A DNA stretch of 64,000 bases. Origin: Catajapyx aquilonaris. Taxonomy: Eukaryota. Position numbers and translations under genes: made by a program. The notes under the pieces are model-generated. The model was not told where the DNA came from. It saw only the letters and a list, made by a program, of their open reading frames with translations, and ran no database searches. This document shows, piece by piece, positions 1 to 15,058 of the stretch (position 1 is its first letter; every line of letters starts with the position of its first letter). The stretch lies in contig KZ537963.1 in assembly GCA_000934665.2 (NCBI GenBank), forward strand, positions 1 to 64,000. The letters run 5' to 3'.

Positions 1-3000
1 AAGATTCGAGGGGGTCAAAATGACGTGAGTTGTGTCGGGTAAAGGTGGTCCGGCAGTGCGGCGAGAACTTGGCGGGGGCACTGCCGTGCCCCCTAATATT
101 TTTTTGTGTATGAACAACTGGGGGTACATGCCAGTTTTAATTTAGTCACGGTATTTCCAATCTGCAGGGTCATCACACGAAATAAAAAAAATATATGGTG
201 GGCTATCCCCCCCTCCGAAATGAGTATCCCGCCCCGATATCACGAGCAGATGATCGCGGCGGCATTCCGACCGCCATAAATTAAACGTGGAATCAATGGA
301 AAGAAAGAACGCAAAAAAGTGCCTATAATTAATATACTACTAGCCTGGATATAACGCCTGCAATCACGCGAGACTGCAATATCTAGGGGGATCGGGAATC
401 ACTATAGTGATCGTGATTGCGTGCTCCCGCGGTTGTAATTACAAGTTTGGAATCTCGCGGACGGGCGCTTTTGCAGAATCCTAGTGGGGTGGAATAAAAT
501 ATTGTGGGGACCAGAAATTATTCATAAGACAGGGCAAACTGGCAATAAACTGAATTCATTGTCCACGCCTGACTGTATCAATGGACATGACCTCGCTTTT
601 ATCGTGATAATAATCGCCGCGGTTGGAAATAAATTGGCTCTTCATTAATTTAATCTAGGTTTGTTCATTTAGTATTAAATTGGACTGCCGGAAGCGGGAC
701 AGCTGTAATTAGGCTAATGAATATGATATGTGCGTTAAATTTTGGTCTGGCACACATTTTGTTTCAGCCATGATTTTCCTATACGGTTCAGAAATGCGGT
801 ACAATGGAACGTGATTAGCGTCGTGGAAATGTTGGCGCCTAAAAAAATTAATGTCATTAAATAGCATTGCAAGTTACAGTGCGTTGACATTCGAAAAATA
901 GTGTTTAGTCACGTTTGGGACAGCAGTGTGAACAATGTGCGTTGTTGACATGTCACAGTGGTACGCGCCGCAATCCCACAGATGCACGCAGCATTGAATT
1001 ACTGCAGTTCACTACCTTCATTATAATTATTTCCCCACCAGCATTGACTGGAAACCCTGTATACAGACTGCATGTAACTAATCAGTTTGGAAACACTTTA
1101 TCTTTTGTTGTTTTACATTTGCCGTGCAGTCGCATATTACCAGGTTGCGCTGTCAATAATCAACGCTGCCATTATAAAATAATGTACTAGATTTTCAAAC
1201 AAAATTTTACTGTTTGCGGCTACAATATTAATCGTACATATGGCTCAAAGCGTGTCTGCATGAAATGGCTTGTAATTATTCTGAGTGTATTGCACGCACC
1301 ACGCAGCATTAACAAAGTGAAAAAGAGTCATCATTTGAAATTTGATGCCATAATTTCCGGCCATAATTTCATCATCGATTGGAATTTCATTGCAATAAAA
1401 TAGATACAACGCCACATTCCTATTTACAGTAAATTGTCCATACGTGAATCTACGACCAACAATTAAGCTTGTAAACTGCACAAATTCTCGAATTTATATA
1501 TAGTATACACGTCAAACCTGCTTCAACTGTGTAAAACAAAGGGAAAAGACAAGCAGTTGGGGTTAAAATGAGTCGTCAGGCATGCAATTGAAAGCTTGGC
1601 TCGAGGGGCTTGTATGGCAAAAAAAAGGGGGGAGATTTTAGCAAATTAGTTTTGGCCATAATGCCAATTAACGCGCCTTTTTTAGCCGAGACGCCATGAG
1701 AGTCCAATCTCATGTAATGGAGCAGCCGAAACGAAGAAGAACAAACGTTTTAAAAAAAAGACCGCTACGATTTACGAAAAACACCTCCAAATAAAAAAAC
1801 GAGCACTATAAACGAACATCGGTATCCTAAATGTTTGTTAGACTGATTATGAAACATCCTGTGCATTGGTCTAGTTCCGGCTGTAAAACGAGGTCAGAAT
1901 TTTGACACCTTGGCTAAGTCGCACAAAATCCGGACAGTAATACCTCCTGTCTTTTCAACCGAGCCCATCGTATATACACTTAAGCCACGCATAATCACGT
2001 TTCAGTTTAACGAACGTTGTTATGCAAGCTTTATATTAATTCTCCTGGATGTTGGCCTGACCACACACCGGATGTGGAAGTTTAATTAAGCTTGCGATGA
2101 TAACATACTGTAGGCAAGCTGCAGGATATTCGATTCGACCTTATTGATCACCAAAAATAAGGTTTTTTTTTTACCTGGAGGCATTAATGGTTGTAAATAT
2201 TTTTGAAAAATCGAGCTGGAAGCAGGTGAGAGGAAAATTTAATATTTATTACTTTGTGCCTAGCAATTTCAGAAAATAATAATGTCACAAATGAATTTCT
2301 TGTCACTTACGATTATAAGTACACAGTTAATATTGTTAGCATAATAAAATTCCGCAGGTATATTTGCATTCCATTTTAATTATTGCTTTCACAAATTAGG
2401 TGAGGTATGCGAAATATTTCCGGTGGCTCTGTTTCAGCAAGAGTTCTTTTTTCCCCCACTCCTCTTCTCCTTTTCCTTTTTCTTCAGGGTCTCTCCAGCT
2501 TCCTCATTCAACACGTTCTCTCGACATCTTCCTCAACCTCGCACATTTTTATAGCTTCATTTCCTTTCAGAATTCTGTGCTCGGATTCCGAATGTTTCAA
2601 GACCTCCCCTTCTTCTTCTACTGCATTTTGGAACTTCTTTTTTTTTCGAACCCCCCTACCGTTCATTACATTCTACAGAATTGAAACATTGTTCTACCAT
2701 CTGTTCCCACTTTCCCCAGACTTAGGAAGCTGGACCAAGTTAATGAAACAGGGTTGCTCAAAAAAAGGGGGGAATTTCAGGAACCTAAATAACTTCAGGA
2801 GTAAATTTCTCTCTCCTTTAATACTCTTTGTCCATAGGACAAGTGCATTAACACCAGGCAAAGAAATGAAATTAAAAGGTTGAATAAGTGAAAATTAATG
2901 TGAGTGTTTTTACTACGCCAAGAAAGTTAAGGGTGATGGGAGATAATTGAAATGGCCGAATTTATATCAGAAATTTGCGAAATGTAATTATTAAAACTTT

Positions 3001-5795
3001 AGCTTTTCAATAATTGGCTTTACATTTAAAATGTTGCTGACAACACTAGCTGAATATTGTTATAGTCTGCCAGACGTGTCATTGAATCGTCGTCATTGAA
3101 TCGTCTTCCACATCAACAAAATAATTATGTTCTCTTTGTTTTCTAGCATCACACTCGTGTTATTACAAAATAATTCAATAATGTCAACATAAATTATTAT
3201 ATTTCAAAATTCACTGGCTGCTGTTGTTATTTTTTCATTTTAGCCGGTAATTATCATAATAATGTGAATTCATTGAAATATTTGTCATTGCAGACAGGGT
3301 GCCACAGGGTCCCACAGAGATTACATAAAATAAAAACCATTTAATTAGCACAAAAATTTACTCGCACATCCGCTCATAGCGAAATTTGCGAGGTGTTGTG
3401 CATGCAGTGTATCTAGTACTAGTTAACATAGTATAGGGTGTGTTGGCGTATCAACATGACCTACACCTCAAGGCTGGGATAAAAACACTGGTTTATTACG
3501 TGTACGTCCACACCTCACAGCATAGGCTCACAATATAACAATGTGTTACAAAAGCTACTCTGGGAGTCTAGGGTGTAAATAATTACAGTTCTGTATTAGT
3601 TTTGACCGCTATGTGCAGCAAAATTGAAAAAATGTTCACAATACGAAGCATACAAAGTTACAATCACTCCCTTGCAAAATAATCTATATTTCTCGGCAAG
3701 ATATTAATTTTTTTGAGAGATTTTCTTGCCGTCAGGTTCATGAAAAGGTTACAGCATATAGTCTTGTTTTTAATAATGTACGAAAGCCTAAAATCGGGTC
3801 AGCATTAGCAAACAAGATGTAACCATAGAAACCCCAGAACCTTATCGGAGAGTCTCTATAACATAGAAGAGCGCTCCTAATAGCAGTTTATAATTTTAGG
3901 AAGAAAAAAGCATCATTGTCTTTCAAAGCTTATTACCGTATGTATACTCCTAGTGTTTTGAGGTTACTGAACTCTCATTTCGCCTCCATCATGAAACTTG
4001 CAACAAATAATGTAACAAAGTTTTGTTGACAAAATTTCAGTTGGAAAGGGTTAAATTGCTCTGTCAAATGCAAATCCTACCAATTTCACCCTGGCCCAAT
4101 GTTGGAGTCCTCCCAGGTGCCGTAACAGAGCTCCCTTCACCCCCCCGACCTATACACACTCCTACCAATTCTTGTCACCGTAATACTCAATAACTCCGAG
4201 CTGAAATTACATTAGTCCCACGACTGCCCATTTCCCAAAACCATTCTCGCACGGACTGTACTTTGGCCTGTAACGATCCGACCAAATTGCACTCAACTGA
4301 TTCATAAGTAGAAATTATCCTTTGCTAGCAGTCGTTGGGGGTAGAGGCGCAATTGCTTTCTAGTCCTTTATACCCTCCCCTCCTACCCCCCTCTCACTTC
4401 ACCTCACCAGACCTACCCCTCCTCTTCTCCCAAAAACCGATCCTCAGGCGATTTTGAGCTCTGCCCCATCTCGCTCTGCCACTCTCTTTCGAGCCAGTTA
4501 TCCGGAACACTCTTTACCTTCCCACGCAGACTCTCTTCTCTCTCTCGCTCTCTCTCTCTCTCAAACTCTCTCAAAACCGGGCTCTTGTCATCTGTCCGAC
4601 ACTCGGCCCGAGCTCCATAAACGACCACTTTCATATAAGAGCAGGGCCCCGTCAACTCGTGGGTCCGGCGTCAGGAAACTCTCACGTGTTACTGTATACT
4701 TCATGGAGGAGTCCAGTGAGAGACACTCGAGGTTTGAAAATGAATTGGGTTACCAACTCTGTGCGAATTGTACGAGCGACGCGATTCCTTTTCAATAGCG
4801 GGGATTCAAGGACACGCCCCTTGCTAACACACGTGGCGGGAGCTGATTGGGCCTACAATGCGCATCAGCGATGCGCAGTCCTTGCGGGAGCGACTCATCG
4901 TTCATAAGTGAGCAAGCGAATTCTACAAAAGTGAATTCAATCAAAATTGAAAAATTAAAGTGAGATTGAATATTAAGAATTGAAGATGTCATATTTTTGG
5001 AATAAACGTAAGAAATTGCGCAATTAAATTAATTTTAAACATTAAATACCATTAAAATATGTGAAAATTAAAATAAATTAAATTGCAATAACATACATAC
5101 AGATCTTCATGGCATTGTCCCACAAAATGGGGTAGCCAGCGATGACATGGTGTACAACACCTTGCCACCTCCTAAATGCAAATTTCAATAAAATTAATAA
5201 AAATTATATATATAAAATAAATATGTAGAAATAATTCAATTAGAATAAATTAGAATCAGAATTAATTATAAGTAATTTAAATAATATTAATCTATTTAAA
5301 TTGACATGTACACAATAACAAACTACATACTGAAATAAAATGTAATGGGTAGTCTATTGTACAAATATTGGTATAATTTAATCAGCCCGTTTAATTATAA
5401 GCAATATATTTTCTATAAGCCATTACAGCACTCACACATTCAGAGAGGAGAACACAGCAGAAAATTTGCAGGAATTGTATATGGAAACACCCTGTATCAT
5501 GCATGACCTGCCCTTTTTTTGCATAAGAGTGAATTTTGTAAAAAAAAAAAAAAAGAAGCCAAAGCTCAGCTCTGATACAATGTTAGTATGCTCCGTGCAT
5601 TCTCTTCCGGTTTCCCTAACTCGCACGCAACTAGGGAAATTCCGGGGGGGCCTTTATGCAGCCTGAGAAATAAGTCTACCTGCCACTTAACCGGGTGCGT
5701 TTTTGGCTCCGGAACAGCATCGAAATGGAAATTCCGCAGAGTTCCCCTGTCCGAACTATACGAGTATGGGGAGACCCTCTCTCTGCCTTCCTCCT

Positions 5796-5800
<5 letters not shown>

Positions 5801-5826
<26 letters not shown>
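5801..5826. repeat. (CT)13 dinucleotide repeat
   Basis: Direct reading. Confidence 0.9.
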
Positions 5827-5833
<7 letters not shown>

Positions 5834-8800
5834 CTTTTCAGTGGCGGTTTGGGAGCGTTTCAAGAATGGAAATGCGAGTGGCTGTTGCCAGAAACTTTCG
5901 TTTTCCGTTAATGCCTCGTGTCTAGCTTCGGAATCGTGGAAAATGAGTCCCAAAATCCGTCCGATTACGGAGACTAACTGATTTTCGATTGGATCTTTGC
6001 CATCGTTAAGAAAATCAGGAGAATAATCAGGATTTTATACGAAGGCTTTACTACCCCTCAGGCTGACAAACAACCAGAGCATGATCCTAGAGTATAGATC
6101 ACACATAATGCAAACAATTCTTTCTATAGAGATGACAAAAATGGTCCCCTTTGTTGCGAAGAAAAAACTTTTTCGACATTTTATAAAGTTCCAACAGTTG
6201 ATTCGAACTAATCTGCGTGGCTAAGTGACAATATATAGGAAAAGCCGAGTTCCAATTGACGCTGTAATTTGGATTCGAGACCTCCTGGTGTTGAAATGAG
6301 ATTTGAGGAAGTAGGTTAAGCCAGGCCTAAGCAATAATGTCCGATCCAGTGTGGTCCAACCAGATTCTTTTGGTGTAACATCACTAAGCAAAGTTCATTT
6401 TATCGAAATCGAGCTTGCATCTAATGTTTTTAATGGTACAAAATTGCAGTTTTGATCCACCCAATTCTGTCGCTATTTTTTTGTTGTTTATTCACATTGT
6501 CTCGTGGCTTGGTGCATGTCAGTATACGTGTGCGACGCATGATTTAAATACTTTGGAAGCGTCATCACATGGCATGCAGGCAAAATGAGTTCCCTCCGAG
6601 CTTCCCAAAACGCTGTCATGGCACGACACAACTAAACAATTCCCGGCTCAACGTGAGTGACTCCACTCCCGAGGAAAATTCAGCAACAAGCCAAGCAGGC
6701 AGGGCTCACATTTGTAAATAATTCTGTCTCCATCCTGTCATACACTCCCGGATCTGCAAAACAGCCGGAAACAAACTCCGCATGGTGTAATTCCCTATTT
6801 CCTTAATCCTCATTTCGCATGCAGGCTTTGCCATCCTGTTTATTTTTTTTATTTTCAAAGCAAAAAAAGTGACGACGTTTTTTTTCTCAATTCGTAACGA
6901 CCATCCGTCACATGCACCATCTTTCGTTTCGGGAGAGAAAAAAATACTCGTCTTATAGTTAGGGAATTACAAGGGTAGCCTTTGGTGCGAGCATCAGGCG
7001 TAAAATGCAATTTCCATGTCTTTTAAGAGATGTCCTCAGGAACAGGTGAGCAGCGGAAATGTCTCTGGGTCCTGCAAGACAAGTTGTGAAGTAAAATGGT
7101 GGGCCTTTGGGGGGGTTAAAAGAGGAGATGGGGAGGTTTGGAGATGCGGCATCTGACAGTTCCATCAGCGCCATGTAATGGAAAGCCTGGACGGAGATAA
7201 TCTTGGGAATCGCGCCACCATATCGGAATGAAGCTGCAGGGACGCCCGTTTTGAGTCCCAGACCACTTTGGAAGGACCCAAACCTCTAAACATGGTCCTG
7301 CTGATATTCTGACAGGAAGGACTGTCACTTTTGCGGCCACATTTGACCTAGCTGTCATGATGGGGCTTACATTTTCTGCTGAATATTTGAGTAAAAAGGG
7401 TGTCACAGGGTTGTACAGTGCGTGGTCGATTATTCAAACCTGATAGAGTTTGCACATGAAGGCGACTCCTAAGTAATGGTTCAAGTTACGAGTTAGAATG
7501 TACAAAGTGTATAATGGAAATAGTTTCAAGAAGCCGTGAGAGACGTTCCTGTTTGTTGACCCTAAATAATGAAGTGGTATTTTTTACGATGGAAGTTAAG
7601 ACGTGGATTTTACAGGAGTAGAAATTCCTAATGCTAATTAAGCCACAACAGCGTGTAAATCCTTATTATTTATGATCCCTGCACAATAAGTACTCTCTTG
7701 TAGGAGAATTCTAGGCTTCGTTTTTTTTCTTCTTCCTGCTTGTACGATTTCTTCTCTTCATTCTTCCTATCATTTCCGATCCTCTCAACCGCATTACCTC
7801 AAGTCCTATGGGAAGTTCCCTGCTCCAAGAGCCCAAGGAAGCAGCTAATCACCACTTTCGTCCCAATCTATCCAGCCTTCCAATCCTCCATGGCTTTATT
7901 CCCAGGTACACAAACTCCTTCACGGTCTCCATCAACTTCATACTCCAACAAATTCCATTCCATCTCAGCCGTCATGACTATCGAATAAGAAGAGAAAAAA
8001 CCACCTTCTCCAGTTAAAAGATTGCGTCCTATATAGTGAGTGGTTAGGTTACTTCCAATCTATATCGAATCATGCTGAAAATTAGACATGCCAATAGTCC
8101 AGATTACACACTTATTTTGAGTGGTCTTTGGCTCAAATTTATCTTAGGTCATTTAAATTAGCACCAACTTGGAGTAAAAAATATTTTCTAGAAGTAATAT
8201 TCTGTTAACTTTAATACCAACGAAGAAGGAAACTGCTTGAGTTACAGTCACCTGAAAAATGACATATAATATGATCGGATTTCGCATTTCAATAATTCCA
8301 TTTTTAGACACTCGAAATGTAATATCGTGTCTTTAAAAGTTCCGAAACATATTTTCGACTAAAAGGTGTGCAAGTATATGGCACGTACTTCAATTAAATA
8401 ATATTCAAAATCCGGACTTCTGGACCACATTCTAAATTTCGCTGTCACTTACAGTCCATGTGCTTCAAAGCGAACGAAGCAATTACGAGGCCTTAGAATG
8501 AGCCAGCTTTTCTGTCACTGGTAAATAACTGGTGGCCATGCAACCAAAGTATTTACTCGGTTTCGTCAAAAGTGGATTTCCCTTTCGAGACACTCACATC
8601 TCTCTACTGGTATTTCCCCAGTTCAAAAAAATTGCATCCTTTGTATACTGCGCTTTCAGTAGAAAGTTGCAAAAAAAAATTCATGGTCCAAGTCCGAGTT
8701 TTTATTTTTATTTTGCAAAGGCCCCCAACGCTGGTTGTATCTAGGTGGGAATGCGCTAAAAAGGTACGAGGCTTTTCCTGATGACACGCAATTTGAGCAT

Positions 8801-11800
8801 CGAAAGTCAGAGAGGAGTCCCAACATGCAACAAATGCCCACACGTGCTGTTCCAAACCGCTCAGAACTACTCATACGCTCACAAAAGCCCATGGCACGAC
8901 CCGAGTTTGTTAAGCAACTTTTCGGATTAACTGCTCGCAGGAGGATAAAGCCCCGGCCACCCCACTTTATGGCCTCCGTTGTGCTCAACACCACCACCGC
9001 ACTTTTTTTTTACCCTCATATTATAGGCGTGCTGTAAAAAAAAATCTGAGAATCCACCAAGTTAAAGACAAAAAAAAAATCCGTACAAAATTTTTAGGAT
9101 TCAAACGAATATTGACTCTGACTATACTTTTGATGGCCATGAAATCGAGACGTTAGGCCCTTTTGGTGGTGCAGGAAATGAATCGGAGGGAGATTGGAGA
9201 TTTGCTGAGACCAATTTGGTGGAGGCTGATTCAGGAAATGAATATACGGGATGGATGTTTAGCAGTCGCAATGTCAGCTCTTGGGGGAGTAGCTCTATCA
9301 ATTTCAGGCCGATTCACATCTCGCAGCACCCTGATTCCGGAAGGGTGGAAGTTAACTTAATGAGCAATCTTTTGTGCAAAAACCCTGATGCTGAGATTTT
9401 GCTCCTATCGCATTAGTTTCAACGTACTTAGAGGAAAAAGGGGTGTGCTTATTGTCGTCTAAGCTGAGACAATTAACCCATAGAATGAATTCCAACATTA
9501 CACAGATAAGACGCATTTTCCCTCCTATTGAAAAGCACCGGCTTGTGTTTTCGCGCTCACAGATTTTCGCACATAAAGGTGACCCGTTTCCAATAAGTTG
9601 GCGAGACAAACCGAATCCTGGAAAATCGGATACGCTCGTACAATCGCGATTCCCCGATCTAGTTCTCACGTCAAGTTTTTGTGATCGATCTTTTTAACCC
9701 CCTCTCTTTTTTCCCCCCCACCTTCACCATTCCAACTCTTTTCACTTTCGTTACACACCAAATATTGGAAAACTCTTGACACGCTTCGGGATTCCCGGGG
9801 GAAATATCAGACACGGATCTGGGAGAACAGAAGCACACCCCCCCCCCCCTTCTCTCCCTACCCATCCCTCTTTTCCCCAATACCGACCCAAAGAATCCCT
9901 ATAATCCATTCCCAAACGATTGCCAGACAACACAATTTTTACTCATCCCAAGTCAATTTCTTGCAAATCCTCACTAATAGAGCCAAGAGAGAAAAAAATG
10001 GGTGGTTGAAATGTTATTAAAATTTAGCAGCGTGGATATAAATTTTCAGGAGTTTCTGACCCAGTTTTATAAAATATTCTCCCCCCCCCCCTCCTTCGTC
10101 TCCAACGGCTTGTATTAATGCAAGTTTCCTTCCAGTTAATAACGCTTGGCGGCTCCAAGAATCACGGCGAATTAAACTTTCTCCACCAAATTCAGCCCAG
10201 CTCCGACCCCCGTATTTTCTCACCAGTAGGCTACACACTCACTTAAAAGGATTCAAGCTCCACCGCCACCCAGCCTTTAACCTTAAATTAGTGTGGAAAA
10301 GGTGGTAGGACTTACCCACCAGCCTTCCCTTTCATTATGAACCCAGATTTACACGTGCACTAAACGAATCCCTTTGGCGCGATTAGTATCTGGAGATAAT
10401 AAATTTTTAGAACCAAATGATGGAGAGCGTCTTAAAATGAATTCGGCAAGTATACGACAAGGGCTTATAGATATAGAGTGGATGATAAAATATGATGAAT
10501 GGCTACACCTGTAGGTGTATTTTGTTTATATTTACATATTTTAATGGGTGCGTTGAAATTACTGGACGTTCCCACTAGACATTAATTTATCCTCGATGGA
10601 GGCCTGTCTCGCCGGATTTGTAGGTGGGCGTTGATTTTACCAGGGGGTTCATAACACTGGAGGTTACATGTCAGGTGACTCACCTTTAATGCATTTTAAT
10701 AAATTGTGCTAGAAACACTGCCTATTTAATGTGGGTCAAGGCTAACGAATCACATTTATGAAAACGTTCATATTTTAATGTCGGCTACAAAAAAATTCAG
10801 TATATGACTGTAGCTGAGAGTATGACTGTGCAGGATGTGAGTATTTACAAGTGTTTCCATACTTATTGAGTCAAAAATTGGTATGCTCTTATTTACACAA
10901 AATTCCCTCTTCTGTGTCCAGACTCTCCTACAGCTCGAGGGTGTACAATATACACTGTACTGCCAGTCAATTGCAACAGTGTGGTTGCCCTACTTTATGC
11001 CGGCCACCTCCAGTGTTGTCTCACCATAGAATTTACGGCTATACATTAGAAAGACTAAAAATAAGTGGCCAAAAATGGGTCCCATTAAAACAAGAGCCTT
11101 GTTCCTAACAAACTCTCCGGAAAGCCTCTCACTCCTGATGTTATGAACCTTCGTTTTAAAAGCCTCCATACTCCGGCACGACGGGGCGAGAGAAAAAGCA
11201 GTATTATATATACCGCTTGTACTTTTCCTTGGTTCCTGCGGCACATGTCCCGCTCTACCCTCCTTTTAATCCGACACTTCCATGCACGCGGTAATCCCGC
11301 AATAAGAGTGTGCCTTTGAGTCGAAGCTAAGTGTTTGCAGACACAAGGTTGTCCGCGGCCGCAACGAGGCCGGTGGCGGATTTTTAAGTGACCCTAGAGC
11401 GCAGTCTGCAAGCAGGCGACGAGCCAAGCGCCCGTGAAACGATCCGCACTAACCCAGCCAGCCATCAGTTATTTTTTTTTTGGTAACTGAAAAAAAAGGT
11501 TCTGAATTTGCACTGAATAAGTCATTGTATGCATCTGAATCCAGTCTATGCAAAAGCACAATCTAGCCTGATGAACTGAAGTCAAACGCCATCTAGCAGT
11601 CAACACATCACAATTTCTCATCATTTGCTTAAATTTTGAAGTAAAGGATTGCAACAGTTCATACAGTATTGAGTTTACAGGCCTAAAATAGGTTTTTAAT
11701 TAAACTTTCAGCACCAATGATTCATAACGGCTCAACTTTTCCGGGCCCACGGCGTTTTGTGTCCTATAAACAAACTCCGAATTTTGCAATCAAAATCAGC

Positions 11801-14715
11801 AAAACTGCCCGTAAATTTCAGCATTTTCCAAGCATGACGGTCATCAATTATACCGATGCTTAAACTGCCGAAAATTAGCACATGGCTTCATGGTTCGATT
11901 CCAAACAAGACATGACCTTTTATGTTCATTTTTTTTTTGGAAAAGCTAGGAATGTTGCACACTGACAAAATTCGAGCCAATTTCTGCAGCAACCGGGCGC
12001 AGTAAGGGAATCGATGTGGAATTTCCTGACTGGAGCCCAACGACTTTGACCACCATCCTTCTCGCTTCCCATTTGCGCTTTCCATCCTCTAACTAACGAG
12101 GTTTTGCGAAAACGCTTGCCATAAAACCTAAACCTACGTTCTAGCTCCCCCCCCCTCCCCTCTCCCCCTATTTTTTTCTATTTTGGGGGGGGGGGGAGTT
12201 TTTTTTTGGGAAGGGGGCTACAGAAATGTTCCCAAAATGTCTTGTCCTCTCTCCCATCCCACAACCCAGTGGTAATTAGGCATTATGTGTGTCTCGTAAC
12301 TTCAATCAGAGCTCGATCCATTTAACATGGTCTGGGCTTAAAAGCTGAGGCGACTAAATGACAACTCTGCAAAAAAATTCATGAAAAAAGTATTTACAAT
12401 TTTTGTCAAAGTTTGCAGGCATTTCTCCGCCAAAAGTAGTCGTTTCCTCTATTTTGACTATAATCAAGGAACATGCCCAAGGCCAGTTTTTAACAAACAC
12501 ATTCTAATTCAGAACCAGTTTTCTGATAATAATGGCCAATTGTCCTTGTAAGATAAAATTTAAATAGTGTTATGGCACTCAATGCTAATGTTTTTCCTTA
12601 ATCGTTAAATTATAACTCAGGCTCGTTTCCTATTACGAAATGGTATAAAAATATTTATGCAGATGAAGCCTTAATGTTTTTTTCTCCCCCTGCTGATCCG
12701 ACAGTGTTGAAAAATCTGTCCGTTAAAGCTGCTTCGTCGTTATGAATTGTTTCCGCCAAACGTCTACAAATATCAGTATACACTCGGATATTACAAGCAG
12801 TAGAATTCTTAATCAAGGGGGCTCAAAGAAGACACGAGAGAAAAAAAATTGATTATAAGACATAGTCCTAAACATGAAAAGTTTCGAGACGAAGATCAAT
12901 AACCGGGACTTTTTTTTTCTCCTAACATTTCTTTTTGCACCAAGCAATGTAAATGGGATTGATCCAATAGCAAGAGAGAAAGAAAAAAAAGAGGACAGAT
13001 CCACAAACCGCCAATGTTTTTTTATCCGTCAGTCGGATTACCCGATTGGCATTCATACCAAGTTGGGTGATGACTAAACCGTAAACGTTTCCATGATTAA
13101 AGAGTTGCAGAAAATGTCCTCTCTTTTTCCCTGTTAACAGCGTCTTTCAATCCCATTTCGACCCAAAAGAGTGGGTTAAAATGGTACGTGAGCCATACCT
13201 CGGTGTAAGGTTTCGCGACACGAAATTTTGCATACAAATTGAAACAATGTATGTTTCATTACACCTTCATCAGTCCCCATTAACTGTCTCTCGTTTGGTT
13301 CGTTATTAACCGCCAACTTCTCTTCATGAATATTTACCCTCCCCATTTTATAGCCACTTTTTTTTAAAAGAGACGGAAAAAAATAACAAAATTATTCTGT
13401 AGTGAACACACAAAAAAATGAGCTGACCTATTTGAAAAGCGTCCAACAGAATTTGCATAAGTCTTGTTGACAACAGACATTATTTCTAGATGCGATTCAG
13501 TGCATGCATTATGCATTACGTTGCTAAATATTATGCACAAATTTTGCATCACCCTGTACCCCCAAACCCCCCCAGGTGAATATACGTCAAAATATAGGTC
13601 GTAGAATATACCATGTCTGACCTCGCCCATGTTATTCGCGCTTGTCTTCATTAATGTAAGTAGTGGTCTTTCTCACGGCCTAAACTAAATTTCGAGCTAA
13701 GTAATTCCTCGATGAAACTTAAATCTTCATTAAATTAGGCTGCAACATCACAACTCCGCATCCGTACATAAGTAATTCATATGGAGTGTGCATAAAGTGC
13801 ACACGCTTTTCTCATCAACTCGCATTAATATTCCATAGTCGCTTGACTTTCAAAATATTGTTACCTTGTTGTAGTGTAAACTATTAGCGCGGTATTGCAC
13901 AAATTTGGTGCTAAAACAATATAGAAGTTTCATCACTGCTTATCAGGAAGACGAGGTTTCCCCCCACTATATGCACATAATAAGGAAGAGTCATAATTAA
14001 TGCATCCACAATATGCGCCCCCGCCTTGAAGGCACGTCACCTGCAATTTCATTAGAGAAATTCAGTTAAGTGAAGTAGCTAGCCGCACGCATAACCTGCT
14101 TCACATATACGCACGACCAGTTTGCCAATTTATTTATTTTCTTGAAATTTTTGCTAAAATAATATTCCGATCCTAAAATGAACTCTTGGCAGCAGATTCC
14201 CTTCAATATATGTTTGAAATATGGCGATCTCAAAGATCAACAGCAGGCGCTTGGGGACTCATTTCCACGGGCTTGCACTTCTCCTTTCCTTTCCTCCGCA
14301 ATCCTTCCCCAAAGCCTTTCAAAAACAAAAGCGAGCAAGATTTCGTGCAACTCCATGACGTTCAGCAGCTCTCGCCGATTACGAGATGACAACTTCTGCA
14401 ACTGCCTGAATCGATATACACTATACGAGGGAGAGAGGCTGCATTGCCTCTCTGTCTGCTGCACCGGAGTTTCCGGGAACCTCTTTTTTTTCAACCAATG
14501 TTGTATTGCACTGTTCAACTCTTTTCTCTTTATCTCGGTTCTCTCTTTTTTTTTGGAGGTTCCGGAAAAAGAGGTAGAAATAACGAGAATATGCGGGATG
14601 GGCCGCGTCAGATAATGTGAACGTGCGGAAATTGGAGTCGAAATTAGGAAAACCAGACTGCGTGTGAAGTCGACATTCGGGCTAATGAATTCATTATGTG
14701 CACACCTCTAGCTGC

Positions 14716-14769
<54 letters not shown>
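14716..14769. repeat. (TAT)18 microsatellite
   Basis: Direct reading of a perfect trinucleotide run. Confidence 0.95.
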
Positions 14770-14965
14770 GTTACAATAACAATAATTATTAAATTGTGAT
14801 GACTTTAATTATTTGAGTGAGCAAATAACAAGAGTTGAAAGCCATATGTATGATCAGATAATTATTTACATTGCGGTTATTGCTTTTATACGTTACATGT
14901 CACTTTTATTGACTTAATGCTCTTCGCTTGTGTCAATTACCCCTTTTGTTTGAAATGCGATGCAC

Positions 14966-15015
<50 letters not shown>

Positions 15016-15058
15016 TAATAATAATAATGATAATAATAATAATAATAATAATAATAAT
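14966..15058. repeat. (AAT)~31 microsatellite with two GAT interruptions
   Basis: Direct reading; it explains the poly-Ile ORF 14928-15155. Confidence 0.95.

Noticed and set aside
3078..3105. 14-bp tandem duplication GTCATTGAATCGTC x2
   Set aside because: An isolated slippage-type duplication with no further structure.
3810..4055. piggyBac-like right end (AAAGGGTTAA at ~4046-4055)
   Set aside because: No convincing matching TTAACCCT left terminus nearby.
1540..12000. Several MITE-like-looking stretches (~1540-1930, ~6060-6560, ~8040-8500, ~11680-11960)
   Set aside because: Composition suggests decayed DNA transposons, but no TIR pairs or TSDs could be delimited by eye.
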